From Candidatus Paraprochloron terpiosi LD05 (GTDB lineage Bacteria > Cyanobacteriota > Cyanobacteriia > Cyanobacteriales > Prochloraceae): a stretch of DNA of 64,000 nt. This document shows, one piece after another, positions 30,118 through 38,609 of this stretch (position 1 is the first letter of the stretch; every line of letters begins with the position of its first letter). Under the pieces are notes generated by a model that saw nothing but the letters and a program-made list of their open reading frames with translations, was not told where the DNA came from and ran no database searches. The stretch covers positions 1,465,422 through 1,529,421 of the forward strand of contig CP073341.1 in assembly GCA_018141785.1 (NCBI GenBank). The letters run 5' to 3'. Made by a program: the position numbers and the translations under genes.

Positions 30118-31269
30118 TTATTCATTAACAGTAAGCAGACGAGATGGGATGAAACGATTCATCCACTGTTTTAAATAAGCCCGATTAGCTTGCTGCTGTT
30201 CCTCCTCAGTAGTATCTAAAGGATAGGGAGCTAATCCCTTTATTGCAGCAGTAGTGACGCAAAACATGGACTTCTGGAAACTCTGACAAATTTGCACCCG
30301 CAAGTCATCTTCCTCCCGCTCACTTTTCTCATATATTTCTTCCAGATACTTTGGTAAATAATGGCGCATATCCTGCATTAATAAGGTTGGGGGAATACCG
30401 GAACCCCCAATAGGTAAGGGATCAGCATATAGAGCACCATAGTTAAACAAGGAGGGATCAAAGGGAATTTGATATGCTTGAGCATTATAGGAAATTGTCC
30501 CCGGAAAAGGGGTACCTCGGAAGAAAATAGCTTCTACATAAGGTACTGCTGTATCAGGAAGAAATGTCAATCCCGCTGCTTTAGGAATTAGATCGTAAAC
30601 CTCTCCCCTAATTTGAACTTCATAGGTAATGGGTAAATTAGCACCCGCTACCAAACCATCTAGTATATGCTGCACTACTTGAGGAATGGATTTAATTTCC
30701 CCTCTGTCGTACCTATCAGACAAGGAGATGAAAATATCGCTCATCACTCGCCAAAATTGTCCTAAACCCTTATAGTAAGCCATCTGTCGCACTTGTTCTG
30801 GCAAAAATTCTTTAAAGATTTTGTGCAGCCCCAACATGAACAAATTACCTTTCCATTTAGCAAGAATCGCCCGATTTGCTGCTGCTTTAAATGTTGGTGT
30901 ATCTAAATAAGCATCTAAACCACCACCTCCGTGCCAAAACATGCCTTTCATGCAATATTCCGCGTATTCAAAATTGATGCGTTCGTGCCACCAGTGCCGC
31001 AGTAACTTGGATAAATTTACTTCCCCATTGAAATATTTAAAAAAGGGAAAGAGAACTAAAAATTGATTTTCAGCAATGTAAATTAAATTGCGAGAATAAG
31101 CATCTAAAACAATGCCGTAACTTTTGAGAATCCCCACCACTTCCAGGACATTCTCCGGGGAATCCTTTAACAAGGCTGCCCCAGTTTCTAAGCGTTGGAT
31201 ATACTCTTCTAACGGGTGTTGGTCAAGATTTTCTTTGATACTTACCATTTTAATTATTCCTGATTTCAA
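30118..31269 (-). CDS. CO2 hydration protein of the NDH-1 CO2-uptake complex (ChpX/CupB or ChpY/CupA)
   Basis: LEVVGILKSYGIVLDAYSRNLIYIAENQFLVLFPFFKYFNGE, WWHERINFEYAEYCMKGMFWHGGGGLDAYL and IPPTLLMQDM. The size (383 aa) and the absence of a downstream cupS lean towards ChpX, but this is not decidable by eye. Confidence 0.85.
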   Translation of the reverse strand: MKSGIIKMVSIKENLDQHPLEEYIQRLETGAALLKDSPENVLEVVGILKSYGIVLDAYSRNLIYIAENQFLVLFPFFKYFNGEVNLSKLLRHWWHERINFEYAEYCMKGMFWHGGGGLDAYLDTPTFKAAANRAILAKWKGNLFMLGLHKIFKEFLPEQVRQMAYYKGLGQFWRVMSDIFISLSDRYDRGEIKSIPQVVQHILDGLVAGANLPITYEVQIRGEVYDLIPKAAGLTFLPDTAVPYVEAIFFRGTPFPGTISYNAQAYQIPFDPSLFNYGALYADPLPIGGSGIPPTLLMQDMRHYLPKYLEEIYEKSEREEDDLRVQICQSFQKSMFCVTTAAIKGLAPYPLDTTEEEQQQANRAYLKQWMNRFIPSRLLTVNE

Positions 31270-31412
31270 GCAATTTACTCGCTCTCAACAAGTCTATATT
31301 CTCATAGAGATGATAATATGTAGCTATTACTTTAAATGTAGTAATTTTCATAGGGCACTATCAGGGTTGAATGTGCCCAAATCACTATTTGTATACCACT
31401 ACCAATATCCTT

Positions 31413-31433
31413 GGTGGGCATTGCCCACCCTAC
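31413..31433. repeat. GGTGGGCATTGCCCACCCTAC hairpin repeat just downstream of the ndhD stop
   Basis: Perfect 8-bp palindrome GGTGGGCA/TGCCCACC around one central base. Same family as 35824-35844, 6202-6266 and 1677-1795. Confidence 0.6.
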
Positions 31434-31439
31434 TTATCA

Positions 31440-32993
31440 CTATAATGAGCTGGTAACTGGTAACTGATAACTGCTATTGCGAAGCAACCGCCCTTGGCGT
31501 CCTGCTAACTGGTTAGGAATAGAGTACGCCATTTCCCAGTCTCCAGTTAATAAGAAAGGTGCCTCCGGTTCGGTCCAACGCACCATCCAAATCGGTTGAA
31601 TGCCCAAAAATAGAATAAATGCCACTAAGACAAAAGCAGGGATATGTTCGGACCACAATACCCGAGGCAATTTACCTAACTGCACCGTCAGCCGACCGAA
31701 AAAGACCTTGTTCACCATCAATAAGAAATAGACAGCGGTTAAACCGGTTCCCACCAAACAGAAAAGAGTTTGCACTGGATAGATGGGGAAACTGGCGCGA
31801 AAAACGAGAAACTCCGCCACAAAGCCCACCATTCCCGGTATCCCAGCACTAGCCATGACTCCGAGAATGGTTAAACTACCGGTTATAGGCAAACCCCGTT
31901 CTGGGTTCAGCAGTCCTCGCAACACATTCACGTCTCGAGAGCCTGTTTTTTTATAGACCAAACCCACCACCAGAAAAAGGAGAGCAGAAATCAAACCGTG
32001 GCCAATCATTTGGAAGATGGATGCCAGGATACTCAGACGAGTAGTAGCAGCAGTGGCTAAAAGAATATAGGCCATGTGAGCAATGGAAGAGTAGGCTACT
32101 ACCCGTTTCATGTCTTGTTGAGCAATAGCGCAAGAGGCTCCGTACAAAGCACTAACTGCTGCTAAGGTAGCTAACCAAGGTGCAAATACAACCCATGCAT
32201 TAAGGAACAAGCCCACACCAAACCGCACTAAACCGTAAGTTCCCAATTTCAAAAGTACCCCAGCCAACAGTACGGAAATGGGGGTGGAAGCTTCCACGTG
32301 AGCGTCTGGTAACCAGGTATGAAAGGGAAAAATGGGAATTTTAATGAATAAACCCACCAACAGTGTCCCCAGTAGCACTATTTGCAGGGTTAAAGGCAGG
32401 TTGTGATTGCGTAAAAGTTCGTAATCAAAGCTGTTGGCGCCGCTAAACCAAACCAGTCCTAAGAAAGATGCTAGCACTAAAATGCCGGAAAGAGCCGTAT
32501 AAAGGAGAAACTTCATGGCTGCATACCCCCGACGTGTTCCCCCCCAAATGGCGATTAAAAAATACAAGGGAATGATTTCCAGTTCGTAAAACAGGAAAAA
32601 CAGCAGCAAATTTTGCGCCAGAAAAGCTCCAGCAGCTCCAGCAGAAAGGAGCAAGAGCATGGCATAGTAAAATCGGGGTCTGGAAATGGATTTATCGCTG
32701 GCTCCAATGGCGATCGCCGTTAGCAGGCTATTTAAAAAGAGTAAGGACAGAGACAGTCCATCTAAACCGAGATGATAGTTCAACCCCAGGAATTCAATCC
32801 AGGGAATGAATTCAGGGAACTGCATTTGGTTGACCATGGGGTCAAATTCTATGGCCAAGAACCCATTCCAAATCACTACGCTCAAGGCGATGATTAAAGC
32901 TAATGTGCGGGAACGAGCCGGTTTTATCGACCATGGCCAAAATCCAATCACAACTGCACCTAATATGGGCACCCAGATAAAGGCACTAAGCAT
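31440..32993 (-). CDS. ndhD: NDH-1 subunit NdhD, CO2-uptake type (D3/D4 class)
   Basis: 517-aa polytopic membrane protein. MLSAFIWVPILGAVVIGFWP, FPFHTWLPDAHVEASTP and its position between ndhF and the chp gene support the call. The last ~25 codons are encoded by dispersed-repeat sequence. Confidence 0.85.
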   Translation of the reverse strand: MLSAFIWVPILGAVVIGFWPWSIKPARSRTLALIIALSVVIWNGFLAIEFDPMVNQMQFPEFIPWIEFLGLNYHLGLDGLSLSLLFLNSLLTAIAIGASDKSISRPRFYYAMLLLLSAGAAGAFLAQNLLLFFLFYELEIIPLYFLIAIWGGTRRGYAAMKFLLYTALSGILVLASFLGLVWFSGANSFDYELLRNHNLPLTLQIVLLGTLLVGLFIKIPIFPFHTWLPDAHVEASTPISVLLAGVLLKLGTYGLVRFGVGLFLNAWVVFAPWLATLAAVSALYGASCAIAQQDMKRVVAYSSIAHMAYILLATAATTRLSILASIFQMIGHGLISALLFLVVGLVYKKTGSRDVNVLRGLLNPERGLPITGSLTILGVMASAGIPGMVGFVAEFLVFRASFPIYPVQTLFCLVGTGLTAVYFLLMVNKVFFGRLTVQLGKLPRVLWSEHIPAFVLVAFILFLGIQPIWMVRWTEPEAPFLLTGDWEMAYSIPNQLAGRQGRLLRNSSYQLPVTSSL

Positions 32994-33015
32994 ATTTTCA
33001 TCTTATTTTACTTTT

Positions 33016-33137
33016 TTATATCAACACGCAACAGGTATCGATATCGATGGCGACAATTTTACCATCATTACCTTGCTTGAGATTCTTCATCTTTTGATAT
33101 AACTCAAGAATGTGAGATCAACTCAAACTTTTCAATG
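33016..33137 (-). pseudogene. deletion remnant of the GKIVAIDI small-protein family (copy 2)
   Basis: The minus strand reads ...ELYQKMKNLKQGNDGKIVAIDIDTCCVLI*. It is preceded by the same leader, ttgaaaagtttgagttgatctcacatt, found upstream of the intact copy at 33838-33862. Confidence 0.45.
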
Positions 33138-33200
33138 ATTGGATTGCAACCGTACCGCCCTCAATCGCATCAAGTTGGATCCGATAGCCATAGAGCAAAC

Positions 33201-33503
33201 TCATACCCACCAAGGGAGATGTCTCCGATTCATTACATTAATATCAATTTGCTGTAATTCTCCGTCCCAGATGACAAAGCCACGGTACACATCAAAAATA
33301 CAGGTGCTTCCATCCCCTAATGTTCCCTGTTCACGTCTATAAGCACTTAGGTTGAGGTTCATCAGCACTGAAAAAGGCAAAGTCAAAAATCCTGTGAATC
33401 CTGTATCAATGACAGCATCAATTCTTTGCCTTTGTGAACCTGCATTGCCTACCACCAGTCGAATTGTCGCCTCGCAGTTTTTATCAACAATTCCATACAT
33501 CAT
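33201..33503 (-). CDS. retropepsin-like (clan AA) aspartic protease
   Basis: 100 aa. AVIDTGFTGFLTLP contains the D-T/S-G active-site triad. The size and layout are as in single-domain bacterial retropepsin-like proteins. Confidence 0.7.
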   Translation of the reverse strand: MMYGIVDKNCEATIRLVVGNAGSQRQRIDAVIDTGFTGFLTLPFSVLMNLNLSAYRREQGTLGDGSTCIFDVYRGFVIWDGELQQIDINVMNRRHLPWWV

Positions 33504-33507
33504 AGCG

Positions 33508-33774
33508 TTACAGCAGACGACCTACACCAAAGCGATGAACTCCCTTATGTCCAATGCGAACGCACCAGATTTGAGCATCTGGGTACCGCTCTAGCAATCG
33601 ATCCGAAGCAGTCATCGTATCCTCAGCAAGTTCAAAGGCTAAGGAATCGATATCGATGGCGACAATTTTCCCATGATTACCCTGCTCGATTTGGGGGCGC
33701 ACCTGAGATTCATAAATCTCATTGCCGAGCCTTGCAAATTCCTCTTTACTATAGCGCAGTGGCTGAACTTTCAT
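33508..33774 (-). CDS. small protein of the GKIVAIDI...PDAQxW..RIGH family (copy 3), 4 nt upstream of the protease gene
   Basis: MKVQPLRYSKEEFARLGNEIYESQVRPQIEQGNHGKIVAIDIDSLAFELAED...YPDAQIWCVRIGHKGVHRFG. The likely start is the ATG at 33774. Confidence 0.55.
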   Translation of the reverse strand: MKVQPLRYSKEEFARLGNEIYESQVRPQIEQGNHGKIVAIDIDSLAFELAEDTMTASDRLLERYPDAQIWCVRIGHKGVHRFGVGRLL

Positions 33775-33884
33775 AGGTTTACCTTCATTGCGACTTGACA
33801 CTTCTATTTTAACCTGGACAGTTGCTCGTTGGTTAATGTGAAATCAACTCAAACTTTTCAATACATTATATTAGGCGATAAACA

Positions 33885-34163
33885 TCATAGAGATTTCCTC
33901 AGACTGCGGCTGCCAAAACGAAATACCTCCCTATGTCCAATCCGAATGACCCAAGGTTGAGCATCTGGGTATTGCTCAAACAGCCGCTCCTCCGCATTCA
34001 CAATATCATCGGCGACTTCAAAAGCTCCAGTTTCGATGTCTATGGCGACAATTTTGCCTTTGTTTCCTGCTTCAACTTGTGGACGTACTTGAGTCTCATA
34101 CAAGTGATCGCCTCGTTGGGCAAATTCTTCTTTACGGAGGCGAGGTTGCCGGATTTTCGTCAT
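33885..34163 (-). CDS. small protein of the GKIVAIDI...PDAQxW..RIGH family (copy 4)
   Basis: MTKIRQPRLRKEEFAQRGDHLYETQVRPQVEAGNKGKIVAIDIETGAFEVADD...YPDAQPWVIRIGHREVFRFG. Confidence 0.55.
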   Translation of the reverse strand: MTKIRQPRLRKEEFAQRGDHLYETQVRPQVEAGNKGKIVAIDIETGAFEVADDIVNAEERLFEQYPDAQPWVIRIGHREVFRFGSRSLRKSL

Positions 34164-34273
34164 TTTGACTTCCACCATATCCTTAACTTTGCTGGCGCAC
34201 CTGAGATTTATATCTGACGTTGCTAAGCGAGATTTTATCGCCATTCTAGCCTACGATTGTTTCTCTGAATACT

Positions 34274-34399
34274 TTACAGTCGTCCTGAAGTGAGCGATCG
34301 CTGACGGGCTTCTTCTACATATCGATGAAGATCCTCGTCTACATCTGCAAGGAGTTTTTGTCTAGCCCCATGTAACTCATCAAGAATCAGATTCTTCAT
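34274..34399 (-). CDS. very small hypothetical protein (41 aa)
   Basis: MKNLILDELHGARQKLLADVDEDLHRYVEEARQRSLTSGRL. Only ORF and context evidence. Confidence 0.25.
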   Translation of the reverse strand: MKNLILDELHGARQKLLADVDEDLHRYVEEARQRSLTSGRL

Positions 34400-34563
34400 T
34401 GATAGCAGTTGACATATGGGTCCCAGTGGGAAGCTGAAATTCAGAACTAGACTCACCAGATGCTAATGCAGGTGATCCCTCACCAACAAGTCTCCTTGCA
34501 ACTTCCCGAGCGTCTCTGGATAACTTTCTAACAGCCCCCTTCTTCATACGCTCCAACCAAAGC

Positions 34564-34848
34564 CTAATTCCATATGAGATAGCCATTAATTAATGGAACT
34601 ATGATGAAAAGTGCGTATACCCAGACAACAAGAAGAGCAAATAGAATGGCCAATACTATAACAATACCTATAAGCCCTGCTCCCCAAATGTTGCCAAATA
34701 TACCAGAGACAATTCCCATGAATGTCTCAACGACCCAAACCACACCATCGGAGATCAAGATAAGGGCTTTCAAGAATCTACCGGTTCGTCGCTCATATTC
34801 ACTCACCAGTTCATCAATCTCTTTTTTGTTTGGTTGGAAAGCATCCAT
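34564..34848 (-). CDS. small hypothetical membrane protein
   Basis: 94 aa with two long hydrophobic helices (GIVSGIFGNIWGAGLIGIVIVLAILFALLVVWVYALFIIVPLI). Confidence 0.35.
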   Translation of the reverse strand: MDAFQPNKKEIDELVSEYERRTGRFLKALILISDGVVWVVETFMGIVSGIFGNIWGAGLIGIVIVLAILFALLVVWVYALFIIVPLINGYLIWN

Positions 34849-35092
34849 TTCTAAGCTGTAAATTTACAAATGACTGGCTTCGCCATCTACGTTAACACCG
34901 AAGATATTTATAACATTGCTTGTGCCAGATTCGCTCACCTTAAGCGTCAAAGGTATTCCTAGCACCTGTATAGTCTCTTCTTTCATTTTACTAGCCCAAG
35001 TCAGTATGTGAATTTGCTACTTTGTTATTATAACGGGCTTATTTGTGAAATGTCAAGTCTTTCAAGGATTTTTTCGCAATAATCTAATCCAG

Positions 35093-35371
35093 CTAACTAA
35101 AATACCGCTGATAAACTGGCGATAGGCAGCCCGTGTCCGCTTTTGAACCCGTTCTGGTCCAGCTCTTGGGTTTTATCTGAGTGGTACTCAGCCATGGCTG
35201 AAGCTGCAAGTTTGGCAAAAGAACATTCTCAGAATGAGAGAATGCTTCATCCCAACGTAATTCATCTTCAAGTTCTTCCAGAATAATGGAAGCAATTGCA
35301 TTCTGTTCACTTGCTGGCCAAGTCTTCAACCTGGCGATCGCACGTTCAAGTAACTCAGTCATGTCTATCAC
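35093..35371 (-). pseudogene. frameshifted small antitoxin-like gene
   Basis: The N-terminus MTELLERAIARLKTWPASEQNAIASIILEELEDELRWDEAFSHSENVL is followed, after a 1-nt shift, by AKLAASAMAEYHSDKTQELDQN, the usual continuation of this antitoxin type. The downstream toxin partner is only a fragment. Confidence 0.4.
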
Positions 35372-35470
35372 AATAAAAACAGCATCCCATCTATTATGAC
35401 ACTACGCCCCCAGATTAGGACATCTTGCAGAAGCGGAGGGGGATGCGATCGCCAAAAGGCTTATTCTCTC

Positions 35471-35660
35471 CTATAGTTCAGGAACATTCTCACTCTCATA
35501 GCGCTCGATAAGGACACTTATTACTTCCATAAGGGAAGCTAGTGGGTGTTCTTCATTTTCACCGACTTCATCGATGAGATCATCTAGCCATTGCACAAGC
35601 TGTTCATAGCCCGCTTCGTCATTTGGATATTTTTGAAAAAACTCATTAAGAAATTTGTTG
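35471..35660 (-). pseudogene. fragment of an antitoxin-like gene (no start codon)
   Basis: Reads ...FLNEFFQKYPNDEAGYEQLVQWLDDLIDEVGENEEHPLASLMEVISVLIERYESENVPEL*. A 33-nt piece (35590-35622) recurs at 30068-30100. Confidence 0.35.
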
Positions 35661-35823
35661 ACTATATTATACGTATATTATTATTGTATAGCAAGCCTAA
35701 ATCATTTGTGCAAGCGCTAACGGCAGCTACACCCTCGTTACCCGTGTGTTTTGTTCAAATCATTTAGTTGTAATACATGAATAATAACTTTAATATTGAT
35801 TGCCTTGATTGCCCTACGCTGTT

Positions 35824-35844
35824 GGTGGGAGATACCCACCCTAC
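35824..35844. repeat. GGTGGGAGATACCCACCCTAC hairpin repeat just downstream of the ndhF stop
   Basis: 6-bp stem GGTGGG/CCCACC, 5-nt loop, followed by CTAC. Same family as 31413-31433. Confidence 0.6.
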
Positions 35845-35847
35845 AAA

Positions 35848-37746
35848 TTAAGTAATTATGTTAGACCAATAGTCAATTACTACAGACCAATGACCTGTAG
35901 CCACAGACCAAACCAAGAGTAAACTCAACCCTAGGAGAATGGTCAGGACATAAAATTGTCCCTGACCGGAAACATTATACTTCAGGCTCTGACCGCTAAA
36001 AATTGTTGCGAGTCCTGCCAAATTCACCACTGCGTCCACTCCATAACGGTCGAACCAAGAGGTCAATTTGGATAAAGTAGCGACGGCCCAGACAACGGTA
36101 AAGTTATAGACTTTGTCTATATAGAAGTCATAAGCCAGTAAATCTTGTAAAAAGCGCAAGTAAAATTGAGTCGGTCTTGCCCAGAGCTTTCTCAACTTCA
36201 TGGTTGCTCCCACTATGAAACCCACAAAGCTGCTGGTGACAATTAAGGGCAGGGCGAACTTACCCAGCAAAGCGCCACTTTCTTGGGTAAACTCAGTTGG
36301 GAGTAGCCAAAATTGCCATCGGTGTACAACCAATGGTAAGAGCAAGGTAATGACTATTAAAGCTACCATGGGCACTGCCATAGGCCAAGGAGCCTCCACT
36401 GCCCTGCGGGTTTTGGCTTGTGGTTCTCCGAGAAAAACTAGGCGAAAAACCCGGGTTAAATTCAGGGCTGTGAGAGCGTTCACCGCCAGCAAAATCAGCA
36501 CCAGCCAGGAACTTACGTCCCAAAACCCATTCACCCAGCGGTTCATAGTCCAAAAGGTACCTAGGGGCAGTAGGGCAACTAAACCCGCTGAACCCACAAT
36601 AAAAGCTGTGGAAGTAGCGGGCATTCGGGACCACAAACCGCCCATTTCCGTAATATTCTGATTATTGGTAGCCAGAATAATGGAACCCACGCTGGTAAAT
36701 AAGAGGGTTTTGGCAATGGCATGGGTTAGGAGCAATAAGAGGGCGATATCTATTTGCTGTAGTCCCACGGCAATGAAGACTAACCCCAAGAAAGCGCTGG
36801 TGGAATGGGAGAGAGCCCGTTTAATGTCGATTTGAGCTACAGCCACTAAAGAAGCACCGATGGCAGTCACCGTACCGATAATAATCAAAGCATCGCTGGA
36901 TACTGGGGAGAGGGTGAAAACCGGTTCCAGTTTAATCAAAACGTAAGCTCCCACTGATACTACCACGGAATTCCGCATCAGGGAAGCAGGGTTGGGGGCT
37001 TCCATAGCTTCGTCCAGCCAAAGGTTGAGGGGAAATTGAGCACATTTACCTGTGGGGCCAGCAATTAAGGATAAGCCCAATAAAGTTGCTCCCAGGGGTG
37101 GTAAGGGGGACTCAGCAGCCCAAGTTTCTAACTCGCTGAAGGTAAATCCTGCTCCGTGACTGGAGAGGGTGACAATACCCATCAGCAACAATATATCTCC
37201 CACCCGCTTGGTTAAAAAAGCATCTCTGGCTGCGGATACCACCAAGGGTTGAGCGTACCAAAATCCCACGAGCAAATAAGTGGAGAAAGTGAGTATTTCC
37301 AGGAGCATGTAACTCAAAACCAGAGAATCACTGATGGCAATTCCTCCCAAAGCAGCCTCGAAAAAGCCCATGAGTATGTAGAATCGTGCCAATGACCAGT
37401 CTTTTTCCATGTACCCCAGGGCGTAGATTTGAGCCAGCAGACTGATACCAGTGACTAATTCCAAGGCTCCTAGGTTCACTGGGGAGATTTCGATGGCTAG
37501 GGGTAACTCCAAAAATGCAACTTTTAGCCAAGGGAAGATTAACTGTTGAGGTGCTTGGTTCCAAATCTGGGTAAAAGCGATGGAACCGTGGACGAAGCCC
37601 ACAAGAGTCATGAAGAGGTTAAAGTAAGCCGCCGGTCGCGGACCTGTTCGCCGCACTATCCCTATAGACCAAGGGATGGTAAAAAGAGCGCCCATCAAGC
37701 CATAGAAAGGTACAAACCAACAGGTCTGGAGGAGAAAATCACTCAT
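35848..37746 (-). CDS. ndhF: NDH-1 subunit NdhF, CO2-uptake type (F3/F4 class)
   Basis: 632-aa polytopic membrane protein. MSDFLLQTCWFVPFYGLMGAL and the conserved antiporter-like core. First gene of the CO2-uptake operon. Confidence 0.88.
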   Translation of the reverse strand: MSDFLLQTCWFVPFYGLMGALFTIPWSIGIVRRTGPRPAAYFNLFMTLVGFVHGSIAFTQIWNQAPQQLIFPWLKVAFLELPLAIEISPVNLGALELVTGISLLAQIYALGYMEKDWSLARFYILMGFFEAALGGIAISDSLVLSYMLLEILTFSTYLLVGFWYAQPLVVSAARDAFLTKRVGDILLLMGIVTLSSHGAGFTFSELETWAAESPLPPLGATLLGLSLIAGPTGKCAQFPLNLWLDEAMEAPNPASLMRNSVVVSVGAYVLIKLEPVFTLSPVSSDALIIIGTVTAIGASLVAVAQIDIKRALSHSTSAFLGLVFIAVGLQQIDIALLLLLTHAIAKTLLFTSVGSIILATNNQNITEMGGLWSRMPATSTAFIVGSAGLVALLPLGTFWTMNRWVNGFWDVSSWLVLILLAVNALTALNLTRVFRLVFLGEPQAKTRRAVEAPWPMAVPMVALIVITLLLPLVVHRWQFWLLPTEFTQESGALLGKFALPLIVTSSFVGFIVGATMKLRKLWARPTQFYLRFLQDLLAYDFYIDKVYNFTVVWAVATLSKLTSWFDRYGVDAVVNLAGLATIFSGQSLKYNVSGQGQFYVLTILLGLSLLLVWSVATGHWSVVIDYWSNIIT

Positions 37747-37926
37747 CTATAAATGCCCTTATTTTTACAACATTAGCGACCTTAAGTCAAGGAATCCTGG
37801 AGTCATATTTTCTTGTCCTTTTAGTATTTGTCAAGTATTTTTACCTAGTCTTATTGCGTTTGCCCAAGGAAGCTGATCCCCGGTATAAGGACAGTTTATC
37901 TTACCGTCAAGAACCTCTCTCGCGTG

Positions 37927-37961
37927 CTGCGCTTCGCGCAGATCCGGGCAAAGCCCGGATC
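37927..37961. repeat. two adjacent GC-rich hairpins in the ndhF-ccmK divergent intergenic region
   Basis: CTGCGC-ttc-GCGCAG (37927-37941) and GATCCGGGC-aaa-GCCCGGATC (37941-37961) are embedded in AT-rich DNA. They are related in composition to the GCGAAGCG/GCGCAGAG dispersed repeats. Confidence 0.5.
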
Positions 37962-38120
37962 GCCTAGGATAACTCTCACGATAAGGGTTTTCTTCCTCAG
38001 CCTCCCTATTGTAAGACTTAGTATGAAGAAATTATAAAACAGAACACCTCTCCCAGGAAGCGAGAGTCTATTATAGTATTGATTAGGAGCATTCACCTCA
38101 ATCATTAAGTTTTGTGAACT

Positions 38121-38154
38121 AATCTATTAATAATAATCAAGATAGATTATCTTG
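38121..38154. promoter_or_regulatory. palindromic candidate operator sites upstream of ccmK2
   Basis: AATCTAT-N14-ATAGATT (38121-38148) overlaps the perfect 7-3-7 palindrome CAAGATA-gat-TATCTTG (38138-38154), about 100 nt upstream of the ccmK2 ATG. Confidence 0.25.
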
Positions 38155-38248
38155 TCAAAGGTGCCAATCTATCCTAGAGTGATTATTGAGACTGATAAAC
38201 TGGCAGCAGCTTGTCAATTTTCTAATGATTTAGAGGAAATAAAAAAAA

Positions 38249-38560
38249 ATGCCAATTGCAGTAGGAATGATCGAAACTTTGGGCTTCCCAGCAGTGGTGG
38301 AAGCAGCAGATGCCATGGTCAAAGCAGCTCGCGTGACCTTAGTGGGATATGAAAAAATAGGTAGCGGGCGTGTAACTGTCATTGTACGGGGGGATGTTTC
38401 CGAGGTACAAGCTTCCGTATCTGCAGGAGTAGATAACGCTAACCGAGTCAATGGAGGAGAAGTCCTCTCCACTCATATCATCGCACGTCCCCACGAAAAC
38501 TTGGAGTACGTACTGCCCATTCGCTACACCGAAGAAGTAGAGCAGTTCCGAACCTATTAA
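38249..38560 (+). CDS. ccmK2: carboxysome shell protein CcmK (103 aa, CcmK2-like)
   Basis: BMC-H domain [57 protein letters not shown]. Confidence 0.92.
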   Translation: MPIAVGMIETLGFPAVVEAADAMVKAARVTLVGYEKIGSGRVTVIVRGDVSEVQASVSAGVDNANRVNGGEVLSTHIIARPHENLEYVLPIRYTEEVEQFRTY

Positions 38561-38609
38561 CCCAGTAATTCAATTACAGTCACAACCGTACAATTCTGAG
38601 GAGAAATTC

